Translations under genes and position numbers: made by a program
Assembly: GCA_039028875.1 (NCBI GenBank)
Contig: JBCCHE010000022.1
Coordinates: 5,971-69,970 of the forward strand
Length of the DNA: 64,000 nt
Reading direction: 5' to 3'
DNA from: Myxococcota bacterium
Lineage (GTDB): Bacteria; Myxococcota_A; Polyangia; Polyangiales; Houyiibacteriaceae
Shown: one piece after another, positions 12,588 through 22,760 of the stretch
Layout: each line of letters begins with the position of its first letter
Position numbering within the stretch: the first letter of the stretch is position 1
Notes under the pieces: generated by a model
The model's input: the letters and a program-made list of their open reading frames with translations, nothing else
Database searches by the model: none
What the model was told of the DNA's origin: nothing

Positions 12588-14653
12588 CGGTCCGGAAGTC
12601 GAATGTGTGCTGCAGGCGTGGTCTCGAGCCGACGAACGGTCACTTCTCGCGAGGACCGCGCTTCTCCCGCCTCCGCATGCCGAGCGTAGAGCCAAACCGA
12701 TCCGGCCGGCACGCCACGCAGGACGAACTGACCGGACGCATCCGTTCGGGCCGCCGACTCCCAGTTGGGCGGGTCCTCCCAAGTGACTTGGGCGCCCGGG
12801 ACGGGCTCTCCGTACGCGTCTCGTACTTCACCCTCGATAGAGCCTCCAGGAGACAAGCGAACGGCGCGGAGCTCCTGGGGCCGGTCCACATAGAGGGGAC
12901 GCTCGAGCTCGACGCGTTGCGACTGGGTTTCGTACTCGGGGTGGGTGATCACCACGTCATACACAGCCACTGGGATCTGCCGAAACGCAAAGCTCCCGTC
13001 GTCGTTCGTGAACTGCGTGTGCGAGGTCGGTCCCACCAACGTGACCTTCGCGCGGCCAAGTCCGCTCGAGCTCCAGTCATCGATGACGCTCCCCAGGAGT
13101 GTGACCCCGGACCGGAGCACGACTTCCACGTCGTCCGTGTCTTCGAGGTCATCGACTCGTGCGTCGCTATAGCCCGTGTGCTCGATGCGGAGGCGATATG
13201 GCGGGTCGGGTAATGCCGGGACGACAAACGTGCCGTCGGCACCGGACTTGCCGCTCCGTTGCACGCTCCCTCCCGCCGCGACAGACGTCGCCGAGACCAA
13301 CGCACCCTCGATGCCGTCGCCGCGTTCATCGACGACCCGTCCTCGCAGCGTACGCAGCTCGCTCGAGAGAACCAGCTCGACTTCGGTGTTGCCATCATCG
13401 ACCACAGTCGACTCGGAGGCAGGCTGCAGGTCGTAGGGCAGGGCGGCGACCTCGACCTCTCCTCGAACGGCCAAGAACGCGAAGCGCCCGTCATCTCCGC
13501 TGACCGACATTCGAGGGAGGCGTTCGGTTGGAACACGAAGTTCGACTGGAATGCCGGCGAGCCCGCGGCCGCGTGCGTCGATCACGCGGCCTCGAAGTTC
13601 GAACCCCCGGGACAACACGATTCGCAGATCATTCACGACGGTACCGGGGTCCAAACGAATCGGCTCCGATTCGCGAGGTGCGTATCCGGGGTAGACCGCC
13701 AGCGCTGAGTACGTTCCAGCGGCGAGTTCATCGAGTTGGAAGCGGCCATTGACGTCGGTTGTCGCCTGCTCGGCGAGCGCGAGCTGCCGCACGCCGCTCG
13801 AGGAGATCGGAGGAACGGGGCCCGCGGTAACGCCGAGCGAATCGTTGCCTCCGGCCAAAGTTGCCCGTTCGCGACCCCCGCCGAAAGCGCGCACGACCGC
13901 GCCCTGCATCGGGTCGCCACGTGTGTCGACGACGACACCGGTGAGTGTCGCGCCTCGCCCCAACCGAATGTCGACGTTCGGTGCATCCTTGGTGGCACGG
14001 AGCGGACCCGACGGGACGTAGCCGTCGACCTCGACATAGACCGTCTGCGGGTCACCCACGACTCCGCGAATCGAAAATTTGCCGTCCGAGTCGGTCGTCG
14101 CGGTTCGGGCGTAGGCGCCGAGGAGTCCACCGGCGACGTGCACCCGTGCCTCCGGCAAAGCGCGCCCCGTGCTGGCATCGGTCACACTCCCAAAGAGCGA
14201 CCATCCAGGCGCCAACCGGAGTCCGAATACCCGTGACGCGCCTGGGTCGAGGAGAATCCCCTCGACCGGCGGGGAGGCCAGGTTCCCGCGGCTCGCGCGA
14301 AGCTCGTACACACCGGCGGGGAGCCGCTGCCACGAGAACCGACCCTCGTCGTCTGATAGGACCGACTTCGGAGGCCAGAAGCCGCTTCCTGCGAGTGAGA
14401 CCTCCGCCCCATCGAGTGGCCGGCCGTCGTCCCCGTACACCCTCCCGGAGATCGTCGCGGATCCTTGCGGTGCGGCGGTCTCGTTCGGGGACCCGGCTCC
14501 GAATCGCGGTCGCTCGTGACCAGGGTGCTCGACTTTTGGCGTATAAGCTCCTGGAATCACGAAGGTTCCAAGAACTAAACAGCCTGCAATCGCGCCCGCG
14601 GTTCTCACTCGCTGTGGTTGTATCTTCGTTCGAGGCCGCGCGCGAGGCCGCAT
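12569..14653 (-). CDS. Secreted protein made of repeated carboxypeptidase-regulatory-like (CarboxypepD_reg) domains
   Basis: 694 aa. Basic N-terminus plus a hydrophobic segment. At least 6 units of the pattern (I/L).G.V.D..G.P..GA.V.. (ISGRVYGDDGRPLDGAEVSL, LTGVVVDTRGDPMQGAVVRA, LRGRVIDARGRGLAGIPVEL, LRGRVVDERGDGIEGALVSA, IEGEVRDAYGEPVPGAQVTW). Confidence 0.7.
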   Translation of the reverse strand: MRPRARPRTKIQPQRVRTAGAIAGCLVLGTFVIPGAYTPKVEHPGHERPRFGAGSPNETAAPQGSATISGRVYGDDGRPLDGAEVSLAGSGFWPPKSVLSDDEGRFSWQRLPAGVYELRASRGNLASPPVEGILLDPGASRVFGLRLAPGWSLFGSVTDASTGRALPEARVHVAGGLLGAYARTATTDSDGKFSIRGVVGDPQTVYVEVDGYVPSGPLRATKDAPNVDIRLGRGATLTGVVVDTRGDPMQGAVVRAFGGGRERATLAGGNDSLGVTAGPVPPISSSGVRQLALAEQATTDVNGRFQLDELAAGTYSALAVYPGYAPRESEPIRLDPGTVVNDLRIVLSRGFELRGRVIDARGRGLAGIPVELRVPTERLPRMSVSGDDGRFAFLAVRGEVEVAALPYDLQPASESTVVDDGNTEVELVLSSELRTLRGRVVDERGDGIEGALVSATSVAAGGSVQRSGKSGADGTFVVPALPDPPYRLRIEHTGYSDARVDDLEDTDDVEVVLRSGVTLLGSVIDDWSSSGLGRAKVTLVGPTSHTQFTNDDGSFAFRQIPVAVYDVVITHPEYETQSQRVELERPLYVDRPQELRAVRLSPGGSIEGEVRDAYGEPVPGAQVTWEDPPNWESAARTDASGQFVLRGVPAGSVWLYARHAEAGEARSSREVTVRRLETTPAAHIRLPDRVDGAR

Positions 14654-14711
14654 CGTTGCGGGGGTGTCAGACCGGTGCTACATCGCGCGTCCCTTCGATG
14701 GGGACAATGCC

Positions 14712-14903
14712 ATGGCCAAGACGTGCGACTACTGCGGCAAAGGCCGCCACAAAGCTCACAAGGTGAGCCACTCCAATATCAAGACACGGAAGTGGCAGCA
14801 GCCCAATCTGCAGTCGGTCCGCGCTGTCATCGCCGGGCAGGTGCGCAAGATGGTGGCCTGCACCCGTTGCATCCGCTCGGGCAAGGTTGTCAAGGCGGCG
14901 TAG
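14712..14903 (+). CDS. rpmB: 50S ribosomal protein L28
   Basis: MAKTCDYCGKGRHKAHKVSHSNIKTRKWQQPNLQ... matches the L28 pattern (C..(C/T)GK....G..VSHS...T.R...PNLQ). The internal ATG was chosen to give ~63 aa. Confidence 0.85.
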   Translation: MAKTCDYCGKGRHKAHKVSHSNIKTRKWQQPNLQSVRAVIAGQVRKMVACTRCIRSGKVVKAA

Positions 14904-15915
14904 AACTCGCCCGCCGGTCGCGCTCCCGCCCGGATGCGATCCGACTTCGATCGTCCTGTCCTTTTGGGTGGCGCCCGAGCACGCAGGCCAGCGCCTCGAC
15001 CGCTTCGTTCAGTCTCGGATCCCTCGGCTTTCGCGCACGCGCGCCCAAGAGATCGTCCGGAGTTGCGCATATCGGGCCGATGGCTCTCGCCGTAGAGCGA
15101 GCGAGCGGGTCCGGACGGGTGAGACTGTCATCTTGGTGCGGCCCGCGTTCGAGGAGCCCAAGGTCCCGCTCTATTTCGACGTGCTCTACGAAGACGCCGC
15201 GGTGCTCGCCATCGACAAGCCGTCGGGCCTGCCCGTGCACCCCTCTGCGACCTATCACAAGAACACGCTCACCTACCTGCTGCGCCAGCGGTTCGGAGAC
15301 GACGCGCCTCAGATCGCGCACCGCCTCGATCGCGAGACGAGTGGCTTGCTGCTCTGTGGCCGCACGCCCGAATCCGAGCGTCGACTCAAGAACGCCTTTG
15401 AGAATCGCCGGGTCAACAAGCGATACCTCGCCATCGTCGCAGGGTGCATGCCCGAGGACGAAGGCCGGATCACGCTGCCCATGGACCAGGCCAAGGAAGG
15501 CTTGCACATCTTGATGGAGGTGACGCCGGAGGGCGAGGGGTATCCATGTGCGACGCGCTATCGTGTCATCGCACGAAGCGATACCTCGACCCTTGTCGCC
15601 TTGGCCCCCGAGAGCGGGCGGCAGCACCAGCTCCGCGTTCACTTGAGCGCAATTGGGTTTCCCATCGTTGGCGACAAACTGTATGGACCCGAGGGCGTCG
15701 AGCCCTTCCTCGAGTACATCGAGACGGGCATGACCGACTCACTGGCTCGAACGCTCGGTCATGCTCGGCAGGCGCTTCATGCGTACGCGCTCACGTTCGA
15801 GCACCCGACCAGTGGGCAGCCGACGACCCTGTCCGCCCCTCTGCCGGACGATCTGGTCTCACTCTGGGGAACGCCTCTCGACCCCGAGGCTCTCGCGTCC
15901 GTCGGGGCGTGCTAG
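14887..15915 (+). CDS. RluA-family 23S rRNA pseudouridine synthase (S4-like N-terminus)
   Basis: Catalytic motif HRLDRETSGLLL, then KRYLAIV and GRQHQLRVH. S4-like RLDRFV at the N-terminus. The start is uncertain: TTG at 14887 overlaps the rpmB stop and GTG at 14917 is an alternative. Confidence 0.85.
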   Translation: MSRRRRTRPPVALPPGCDPTSIVLSFWVAPEHAGQRLDRFVQSRIPRLSRTRAQEIVRSCAYRADGSRRRASERVRTGETVILVRPAFEEPKVPLYFDVLYEDAAVLAIDKPSGLPVHPSATYHKNTLTYLLRQRFGDDAPQIAHRLDRETSGLLLCGRTPESERRLKNAFENRRVNKRYLAIVAGCMPEDEGRITLPMDQAKEGLHILMEVTPEGEGYPCATRYRVIARSDTSTLVALAPESGRQHQLRVHLSAIGFPIVGDKLYGPEGVEPFLEYIETGMTDSLARTLGHARQALHAYALTFEHPTSGQPTTLSAPLPDDLVSLWGTPLDPEALASVGAC

Positions 15916-15925
15916 GCTCTCGGTC

Positions 15926-16471
15926 GTGCGCGGTCTTTGGTTGGGGGTGTTGGGTGTGCTCGTCGCTTGTGGTTCGAGCGCCGCGAACCAGGCGAGTGTC
16001 GAGTTCACACCGAAAGACAACCTCGCCTTCGACGATGCGGTCGATGTGATCGACCGTCCCGTCATCGTCGAAAGCGAGTGGCAGGGGCAGTTTGAACGTC
16101 GAGTGACGCACGCGGACTTCATCGGAAGCGTTCGCGTCGAGTCGATCAGCGTCGACCAAGATCGACGGGGCGCCGGGTATCGCCTCGTCGCGCGTGTCGT
16201 CGAAACGTTGCTCGGGCGCGCCCCACGTGAGCTTGCGCTCGAGGTCCACGACGACCAGCCAGGCTTTGAGAGTGTCCGAATGTATGAGGACGACCTGCTC
16301 GGGGGCCGGTTCATCGTCTTCGTCAAGTGGCAAGCCCAGGCCGACTCTCGCGAAGTCTTGCCAAGATGGCATCTATCGCCAGATTCACCTGGGGTGCGGG
16401 ACAAAGTGCGCTTCTTTTTGAACCCCGGGGCGTCCGATGGACGTACTGAAGTCGAGGTTCTTGCGCCATGA
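15926..16471 (+). CDS. Hypothetical lipoprotein
   Basis: GTG start gives VRGLWLGVLGVLVACGSS, a signal peptide plus lipobox. The longer track ORF would overlap the preceding gene. No recognisable domain. Confidence 0.5.
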   Translation: MRGLWLGVLGVLVACGSSAANQASVEFTPKDNLAFDDAVDVIDRPVIVESEWQGQFERRVTHADFIGSVRVESISVDQDRRGAGYRLVARVVETLLGRAPRELALEVHDDQPGFESVRMYEDDLLGGRFIVFVKWQAQADSREVLPRWHLSPDSPGVRDKVRFFLNPGASDGRTEVEVLAP

Positions 16472-16529
16472 TGCGGGCGGGGGCCGGGAGTTCGACGTAA
16501 CCTCTCCACGCATCGTAGACTAAGGCCAA

Positions 16530-17054
16530 TTGATGATGTTTCGTTTTCTGCAAGTCGCTTCCATCCTTCTCGTCACCGTGGCATCGGTCGGTTGCAAGAG
16601 CGCCGCGCCCGCACCCAAGGCGCACGACCACGGCAGCCACGCGGGTCATCAGCCGGCGCCGGCGGTCCAGGCAGACGCCAATGAACCAGCAGGGCCTCGA
16701 CTCGAGACTGACTCGTTCGTCCTCGAAGTTGCTTCGACGGAACCGTCCCTCAGCGTGGGTAAGCCGGGTGCTGTCGCGATCGCACTCGAGGGAAGAGGCG
16801 AGTGGCACGTCAACCAGGAGTACCCGATCCGCATTGACATCAAGGCGGGCCCTGGAGCGGGCCTCGTCGACGAAGCGCTCGGCAAAGACGACGCCAAAGA
16901 GTTCACTGAGGATAACGCGAAGTTCCTCGCATCGCTCGAGCCCGTTGAGGCCGGCGAACACGACGTTCGCTGCGACGTTTCGTTCGCGATGTGCACCGAC
17001 GAGAACTGTGTCCTCGAACGCAGAACGATAGCCATGCAGGTCAAGGTGGAGTGA
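16530..17054 (+). CDS. Hypothetical lipoprotein
   Basis: MMMFRFLQVASILLVTVASVGCKS lipoprotein signal, a His-rich linker, then a beta-rich domain. The stop lies 1 nt before the prkA ATG. Confidence 0.55.
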   Translation: MMMFRFLQVASILLVTVASVGCKSAAPAPKAHDHGSHAGHQPAPAVQADANEPAGPRLETDSFVLEVASTEPSLSVGKPGAVAIALEGRGEWHVNQEYPIRIDIKAGPGAGLVDEALGKDDAKEFTEDNAKFLASLEPVEAGEHDVRCDVSFAMCTDENCVLERRTIAMQVKVE

Positions 17055-17055
17055 T

Positions 17056-19308
17056 ATGACCGAGGGGGGACTCAAGGGCGCGCTCGAGACGATTCGCGAG
17101 GAAGTCAAAGCGCGCTTCGAGGCCCAGAAACGGGTGCTCTCGTTTCGCGAGTATCTCGAGCTCGTTCAACAACACCCACGCCGCCACTCGCGTGATGCCG
17201 CTCGCTACCTCAAAGACTGCATGGACCACTTCGGCGCGTACGACGTCGAGCGTCCCACCGGCCCGATCAAACGATGGCGCGTCTTCGACCTCGAGCTCGC
17301 GGCCGCCGAGCAGGGGGGGCATCAAGCTGAGATTCGAATGCGCGACCGACTGGCGGGCCATGAGTCGACCCAGGAAGCGTTCTACCGGGTTCTCGAAGGC
17401 TTCGAGCGAGAGGGGCGGGCGAACCGCCTGGTGCTCCTACATGGGCCCAACGGGAGCGCCAAGTCGACCTTCACGGCCTGCCTGATCCGCGGCCTCGAAG
17501 CGTACTCGGACACCGATGAGGGCGCGCTCTATCGGTTCTCGTGGATATTCCCTCGTGCCCGGGAGGGTTCTGGCATCGGCTTCTCCACATCATCAGATGC
17601 CCTCGGCCAGGGAGACACCTTTGCGCATCTTCCCGAGGAGCGGATCATCGCGAAGCTCCAGAGCTCGGTGCGGGAACACCCGCTGCTCCTGTTGCCGAGA
17701 CCCGTCCGACAACGGCTCATCGCCGAGGCCTACGACGACGGTGACGTCTCTGAGGCCGCGCCGGACTGGGTGTGGACCGGGCAGCTCGGGCGAAAGAACC
17801 AGCAGATCTTCCAAGCCCTGCTCACCGCCTATCGGGGCGACCTGGACCGCGTGCTCGCGCACATTCAAGTCGAGCGGTTCTATATCTCGAGGCGCTATCG
17901 CGTTGGTGCGGTCACGATCGGCCCGCAGATGTCGGTCGATGCCTCAGAGCGCCAAATCACGGCCGACCGGTCTATCGAGTCGCTCCCTGCGTCGCTCAGC
18001 GCGCTGACGCTCTTCGAGCCGTTTGGCGAGCTCGTCGACGCGTCCGGCGGCATCGTCGAGTTCAGCGACTTACTGAAGCGACCTCTCGACGCCTGGAAGT
18101 ACCTGCTGTTGGCGATCGAGAACGGCGAGGTGTCGCTGACGATGTCAAACCTGCCGATCAACGCCGTGATGATGGCGAGCTCCAACGAGCTTCACTTGAA
18201 CGCGTTTCGGCAGCACCCCGAGTTTAACTCGTTCCGAGGACGGATCCTTCGGATTCGGATGCCGTACCTACGCGACGTCCGGCGCGAACAAGAGATCTAC
18301 GACGGCCAGATCGTGCCCCAGGTGCCTCGCCACGTGGCCCCCCACACAACATACGTCGCGGCTCTGTGGGCGGTCTTGACCCGGCTCCACAAGCCCAACG
18401 CGGATCGGTTTTCCGATAGTGACCTGGGCACGATCGCCGCGTCTCTGACGCCGCTCGAGAAAGCCGATCTGCTCTCGGACGGCCTGATTCCCGCGCGCTT
18501 TGAAGCGGAGCAGGCCAAGCTCTTGCAAGGGGGGCTTACCGAGGTGGCGCTCGAGGGGACCACGGCGGCCGAGTACGAGGGTCTCACCGGGGCGTCCCCC
18601 CGCGAGATCCGAATGTTGCTTCTCGAGGCAGCGTCCGATCCCGCGGACCCGTGCGTGTCTCCCGTGACGTTCTTGCAGCATGCCGATGACTTCTGCTCGC
18701 GCGACGATTACGACTTCCTCCGGGAGGAACGAGATGGCGCGTACCGAGACCCAAGGGCATTCGTCGACGCGGTTCGCGAACGGTGGCTCGACATCGTCGA
18801 AACCGAGCTGAGGGGCGCGAGTGGCCTGATCGACCAGCACAGTCATCTCGCGCTCTTCGACCGCTACGTCACCCACGTATCGCACTCGGTCAAGCAAGAG
18901 CGCGTTCACAATCCAGTCACCGGTCAAGACGAGGAGCCCGATCTCGATCTCATGAAGAGCGTCGAGGAGAAGCTCGAGGTCGACGATGGGCGGGCGTTCC
19001 GAAACGACCTGCTGAGCGCAGTCGCGGCCTGGGCGATCGATCATCCGGACGCCGAGGTGGACTACGAGAGCCTCTTTCCGCGCTACATCGAGAAGCTCCG
19101 GCAGGCGTACTACCACGAGAGACGCGATCAGATCGGTGACATAGGCCGTGCCATCGTTGCTCTTCTCGAGGAAGACGATTCGCTCGAAGCTGAAGCCCGT
19201 GAGGGCGCACAACAGGCGCTCAACGCTCTGATCAACCTGTTTGGCTACGAGCGTTCTAGCGCCAAGGTGGCGGTTGGGGCGCTCGTTGCCGCGCGCGACC
19301 GTGACTAG
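17056..19308 (+). CDS. prkA: PrkA-family serine protein kinase (AAA+ N-domain)
   Basis: 750 aa. Walker A LVLLHGPNGSAKSTF in the PrkA AAA domain, with overall collinearity to PrkA/YeaG proteins. Confidence 0.88.
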   Translation: MTEGGLKGALETIREEVKARFEAQKRVLSFREYLELVQQHPRRHSRDAARYLKDCMDHFGAYDVERPTGPIKRWRVFDLELAAAEQGGHQAEIRMRDRLAGHESTQEAFYRVLEGFEREGRANRLVLLHGPNGSAKSTFTACLIRGLEAYSDTDEGALYRFSWIFPRAREGSGIGFSTSSDALGQGDTFAHLPEERIIAKLQSSVREHPLLLLPRPVRQRLIAEAYDDGDVSEAAPDWVWTGQLGRKNQQIFQALLTAYRGDLDRVLAHIQVERFYISRRYRVGAVTIGPQMSVDASERQITADRSIESLPASLSALTLFEPFGELVDASGGIVEFSDLLKRPLDAWKYLLLAIENGEVSLTMSNLPINAVMMASSNELHLNAFRQHPEFNSFRGRILRIRMPYLRDVRREQEIYDGQIVPQVPRHVAPHTTYVAALWAVLTRLHKPNADRFSDSDLGTIAASLTPLEKADLLSDGLIPARFEAEQAKLLQGGLTEVALEGTTAAEYEGLTGASPREIRMLLLEAASDPADPCVSPVTFLQHADDFCSRDDYDFLREERDGAYRDPRAFVDAVRERWLDIVETELRGASGLIDQHSHLALFDRYVTHVSHSVKQERVHNPVTGQDEEPDLDLMKSVEEKLEVDDGRAFRNDLLSAVAAWAIDHPDAEVDYESLFPRYIEKLRQAYYHERRDQIGDIGRAIVALLEEDDSLEAEAREGAQQALNALINLFGYERSSAKVAVGALVAARDRD

Positions 19309-19360
19309 CGCGGCTTGCGAGGAAGGGCTCGGTGGGGATCGGGCACGCCATGCGTGAACC

Positions 19361-20314
19361 TTGCGCCCCATGATCGACGTCATCCTCGGATGGGCCAACG
19401 GCGTACTCGGACGGATCCCTCCGCACGTTCGGCGATGGAGCAAGGGCGCCCTCGCGTTCGCCGTCCTGCTTGCAATCGGCGTCGTACTCGTGCGGCAACT
19501 TCGGGGCCTCGATTGGGCGGTTGTCGTGCGGTCTCTTCCAACATCCCCGTGGTTCTACGCCGCGTGGCTCGGCCGATACCTGTTGCTGCCCGTCACCGAA
19601 GTCCTCTGCTATTCCGCCGTTTTCGCCCGAAACCTATTTCGGGATTTCGGCGCTTTCCTACTGAAACGACTCATGAATGCGTCCTTGGCCGGAGGATCTG
19701 GAGACACGTATTTCTTGGTCTGGTTGGTGGAGCATCTCTCGCTCAGCACGCGCCAGGCGTTCTCTGCCATCAAAGATGTCACCCTGCTGTCGGCCGCCGC
19801 TGCCAACGGTGTCGCGGTCGTCGTCCTGGGCGCTTTCTTGGTGTGGGGCGATTGGCGGGTCTTGACGGGGGTCGAGGAGCACGTCGTGGCCCTCGTGGTC
19901 GGGGTGACGTTCGCGGCTGCCGCCCTCAGCGTCCTGGTGATCGCGTTTCGCGGGAAGGTGATCGGTGTGTCGACGCGCACGATGGGGCGGATCATCGGGC
20001 TTCACACGATTCGGAGCGCGGGGGCGCTCGTCCTCCTTGGCCTCCAGTGGTCGGCGGCGGTACCGGAAGTAGACGCTGCGACCTGGGCCAACTTGTTGAT
20101 CGTGGCCTTGCTCGTCTCACGGACACCATTCTTGCCGGCCCCTGAGCTCCTATTCCTCACCATCGCCCTTGCCCTCGTCGGGACCATCGACGCGCCTCAG
20201 GCTCGCCTCGAGGCGATGTTTCTGGCCGACGCGGCGCTCGTTCAGATCTTTGCGATCCCCTCGTTGGTCGTCGCGCTCGTGTGGCGCCGTCGGAGAGCGC
20301 CGGAGACGACCTAG
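19361..20314 (+). CDS. Polytopic membrane protein (UPF0104 / flippase-like, LPG-synthase TM-region type)
   Basis: 317 aa with ~8 hydrophobic helices. N-terminal pattern ...W.K.ALAFAVLLAIGVVLVRQLRGLDW..V is typical of this family. Confidence 0.55.
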   Translation: MRPMIDVILGWANGVLGRIPPHVRRWSKGALAFAVLLAIGVVLVRQLRGLDWAVVVRSLPTSPWFYAAWLGRYLLLPVTEVLCYSAVFARNLFRDFGAFLLKRLMNASLAGGSGDTYFLVWLVEHLSLSTRQAFSAIKDVTLLSAAAANGVAVVVLGAFLVWGDWRVLTGVEEHVVALVVGVTFAAAALSVLVIAFRGKVIGVSTRTMGRIIGLHTIRSAGALVLLGLQWSAAVPEVDAATWANLLIVALLVSRTPFLPAPELLFLTIALALVGTIDAPQARLEAMFLADAALVQIFAIPSLVVALVWRRRRAPETT

Positions 20315-21177
20315 CCGTCGGTGTCGTCGAACGGAGCGTTGGCGGTCCAGTCGAACGTGCCTTCGTCGCGCTCCTTGACGGCCTGCTTCCACCCGACCGC
20401 GACCGACCGCTCCTTGAAGTGAATACCCTCAGGGGAGTGTCGCGTGATGCCGTCGAAGACGTTGGCGAACATCTGCGTCTGCTGAAGGCCCATCGAGTCG
20501 ATGGCTTGGTTGATCACCAGCTTCTGCATCATCAACTGGTTGACCGGGACCGTGGAGATCCGCTCTGCGAGAGCCTCGACCTCGGCATCGAGTTGGTCTG
20601 CGGGAACGGCTTTGTGGATCAGACCCATGCGCTCGGCCTCGCGTCCGTCGATCTTGTCGCCGGTGAAGACCATTCGTTTGGCGCGCTGGGGACCGAGTCG
20701 ATAGACCCACATCGCGGTTGACGGACAACCCCAGACGCGGACAGGCATGTATCCAATCTTGGCGTCTTCGGCCATGATGATCAGGTCCGAGCAGAGCGCA
20801 ATGTCCGATCCGCCCGCAACGGCGTAGCCATGCACCTTGCAGATCACCGGTCGGTAAGACCGCCACAGCGACATGAAGTGCTGGGTGTTGCCCATCATGA
20901 ACTGGTAGTCCTTCATGGGGTCCCAGGGCATCTCCTGCGTACCGGTCTCGGACCCCGTCGCTTGCGCGTAGTACGTGAGGTCGTAGCCCGCACAGAACGC
21001 TGGCCCTGCACCCGAGAGGACGATGACGTGGACCCCGAGGTCCCCGTTGGCTCGCGCGACAGCTTCAGACAGCGCGACGGGGAGGTCGTTGTCGATCGCG
21101 TTCATCACCTCGGGCCGGTTCAACGTGATGCGCGCGATGCGGCCATCTTTCTCGTACAAGACTTTGTCCATGGGCAC
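20311..21177 (-). CDS. Enoyl-CoA hydratase/isomerase (crotonase) family protein
   Basis: ITLNRPEVMNAI, VIVLSGAGPAFCAGYDL and KVHGYAVAGGSDIAL are crotonase-fold oxyanion-hole motifs. Confidence 0.85.
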   Translation of the reverse strand: MPMDKVLYEKDGRIARITLNRPEVMNAIDNDLPVALSEAVARANGDLGVHVIVLSGAGPAFCAGYDLTYYAQATGSETGTQEMPWDPMKDYQFMMGNTQHFMSLWRSYRPVICKVHGYAVAGGSDIALCSDLIIMAEDAKIGYMPVRVWGCPSTAMWVYRLGPQRAKRMVFTGDKIDGREAERMGLIHKAVPADQLDAEVEALAERISTVPVNQLMMQKLVINQAIDSMGLQQTQMFANVFDGITRHSPEGIHFKERSVAVGWKQAVKERDEGTFDWTANAPFDDTDG

Positions 21178-21213
21178 GGTTCTAGCATATGGGTCTGGGT
21201 GCTTTCCTCGCCG

Positions 21214-21933
21214 CTAGCGATCGAAGAACGCGGCGACGAATTCGCTCGCGGGCGCCGCGCGAAGCTCAGCCGCCGTCCCTTGCTGGACGAGACGCCCAGC
21301 CTCTAAGACGACCACCCGCGCGCCGAGCGCCTCCACGTCGTTCAAGTCGTGCGTGACCGTGATCGCCGGTCGTCTCTGAGATGACAATCGGTGCGCAAGG
21401 ATCTCTCGCAGATGACGGCGCCTCGTGGGGTCGAGGGTCGACAGCGGCTCGTCGAGCAGGAGGAGCGCAGGTTCCACCAGGAGCGCTCTCGCCAGGGCGA
21501 CGCGCTGTTGTTCGCCTCCTGAGAGCCGCGATGGGGAACGTTCTGCGAGCCCCTCGCATCCGAGTTCGGCGAGGAGCCCGAGCGCTTTGCCCCGGCGTGC
21601 TTCGGCTGTGGTTTTGCGGGAGCCGTGTTCGAGCCCGAACGCCACGTTGTCGACGACCGAGAGATGCGGGAAGAGGCCGAACCCTTGGGGCACGTAACCG
21701 ATCCGACGCTCTTCTGGGGGAAGGGCGATTCGTTCGGCCGAGTCGAACACGGTGCGGCCGCCTATGGTGATCCGTCCTCGTGCCGGGGTGTACGCCCCCG
21801 CGATCATGCGAAGCAGGGTGGTCTTGCCTGAGCCGTTCGGACCAATGAGGACCGTATGGGGGGCGTCCGAGGCGAGGGCGACGTCGAGGGCGAAATCGCC
21901 CACCGTAGCTTGGATCGTGATCTCCCAGCTCAC
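21214..21933 (-). CDS. modC: Molybdate ABC transporter ATP-binding protein (short form, no TOBE domain)
   Basis: Walker [10 protein letters not shown], signature [15 protein letters not shown], Walker [12 protein letters not shown] start at 21933 overlaps the modB stop (GTGA). Only ~240 aa. Confidence 0.78.
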   Translation of the reverse strand: MSWEITIQATVGDFALDVALASDAPHTVLIGPNGSGKTTLLRMIAGAYTPARGRITIGGRTVFDSAERIALPPEERRIGYVPQGFGLFPHLSVVDNVAFGLEHGSRKTTAEARRGKALGLLAELGCEGLAERSPSRLSGGEQQRVALARALLVEPALLLLDEPLSTLDPTRRRHLREILAHRLSSQRRPAITVTHDLNDVEALGARVVVLEAGRLVQQGTAAELRAAPASEFVAAFFDR

Positions 21934-22760
21934 TGGAGGGGCCCTCCACCGAGTCGCGCGCGCGTCCTTCCGGAGAGCCCCTGCGGGGCAACGCGAATCG
22001 CGAACAGCAAGGCGATCGCGATTGCGCCGAGAACCCACGATAGCGCGAGGGCCGCGCGAACATCAGATTCCAAGGCCATGTAGATGGCGAGCGGCATCGT
22101 TTGCGTCACGCCGCTGAGGTTTCCCGCAAAGAGCAGCGTTGCGCCAAACTCTCCGATGGCGCGCGCGTACGCCAACGCGGCCCCTCCGAGGAGCCCGGTT
22201 GCCGCGACCGGAATTGCCACGCGAAAGAATGCCCTCGACGCGGAGGCGCCAAGGGTGCGTGCTACCAACATCAGGTCGACGTCGACTCGCCGAAAGGCGA
22301 TCGCGGCCGACTCGACGTAGAACGGTGCGGAGACGACGACCTGGGCGATCACGACCGCGCTCGACGTGAACGGAATTTGAACGCCGAGTTGTTCCAACAA
22401 TGGGCCAAGGAGCCCTTGCCGACCGAATGCCTCGAGGAGTGCAACCCCGAGGACAGCCGGCGGAAGGACGATTGGCATGACCACGAACACCTCGACGATG
22501 CGCGTGCGGGCACGCGGTCCCGTCGCGATCCACCATGCGAGCGGCGTCCCTGTGACGACGACGATGAAGAGCGACACCAAGGTAGTCCGCGCGCTCAGCC
22601 AGAGTGCCGGGACGAAAAGGGGATCACGCGCGCCCGCAATGAGGTCCGCTGGTGTCGATGCGACGCCGAGCGCGACGACGGGCACTGCCACGATGACCAC
22701 CAACGCGAGGGCGAGGGCGGTCGCGATCCATCGAGGCGCGTTCCGGAAACCGCGGCTCAT
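21930..22760 (-). CDS. modB: Molybdate ABC transporter permease
   Basis: 276 aa with 5-6 TM helices. ABC permease loop [24 protein letters not shown] overlap with the modA stop. Confidence 0.85.
   Translation of the reverse strand: MSRGFRNAPRWIATALALALVVIVAVPVVALGVASTPADLIAGARDPLFVPALWLSARTTLVSLFIVVVTGTPLAWWIATGPRARTRIVEVFVVMPIVLPPAVLGVALLEAFGRQGLLGPLLEQLGVQIPFTSSAVVIAQVVVSAPFYVESAAIAFRRVDVDLMLVARTLGASASRAFFRVAIPVAATGLLGGAALAYARAIGEFGATLLFAGNLSGVTQTMPLAIYMALESDVRAALALSWVLGAIAIALLFAIRVAPQGLSGRTRARLGGGPLQ

Noticed and set aside
20311-20314. Convergent genes whose stop codons overlap in the palindrome CTAG (TAG on both strands).
   Set aside because: It is real in the sequence, but most simply a coincidence of compact convergent genes. 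No functional implication can be supported.
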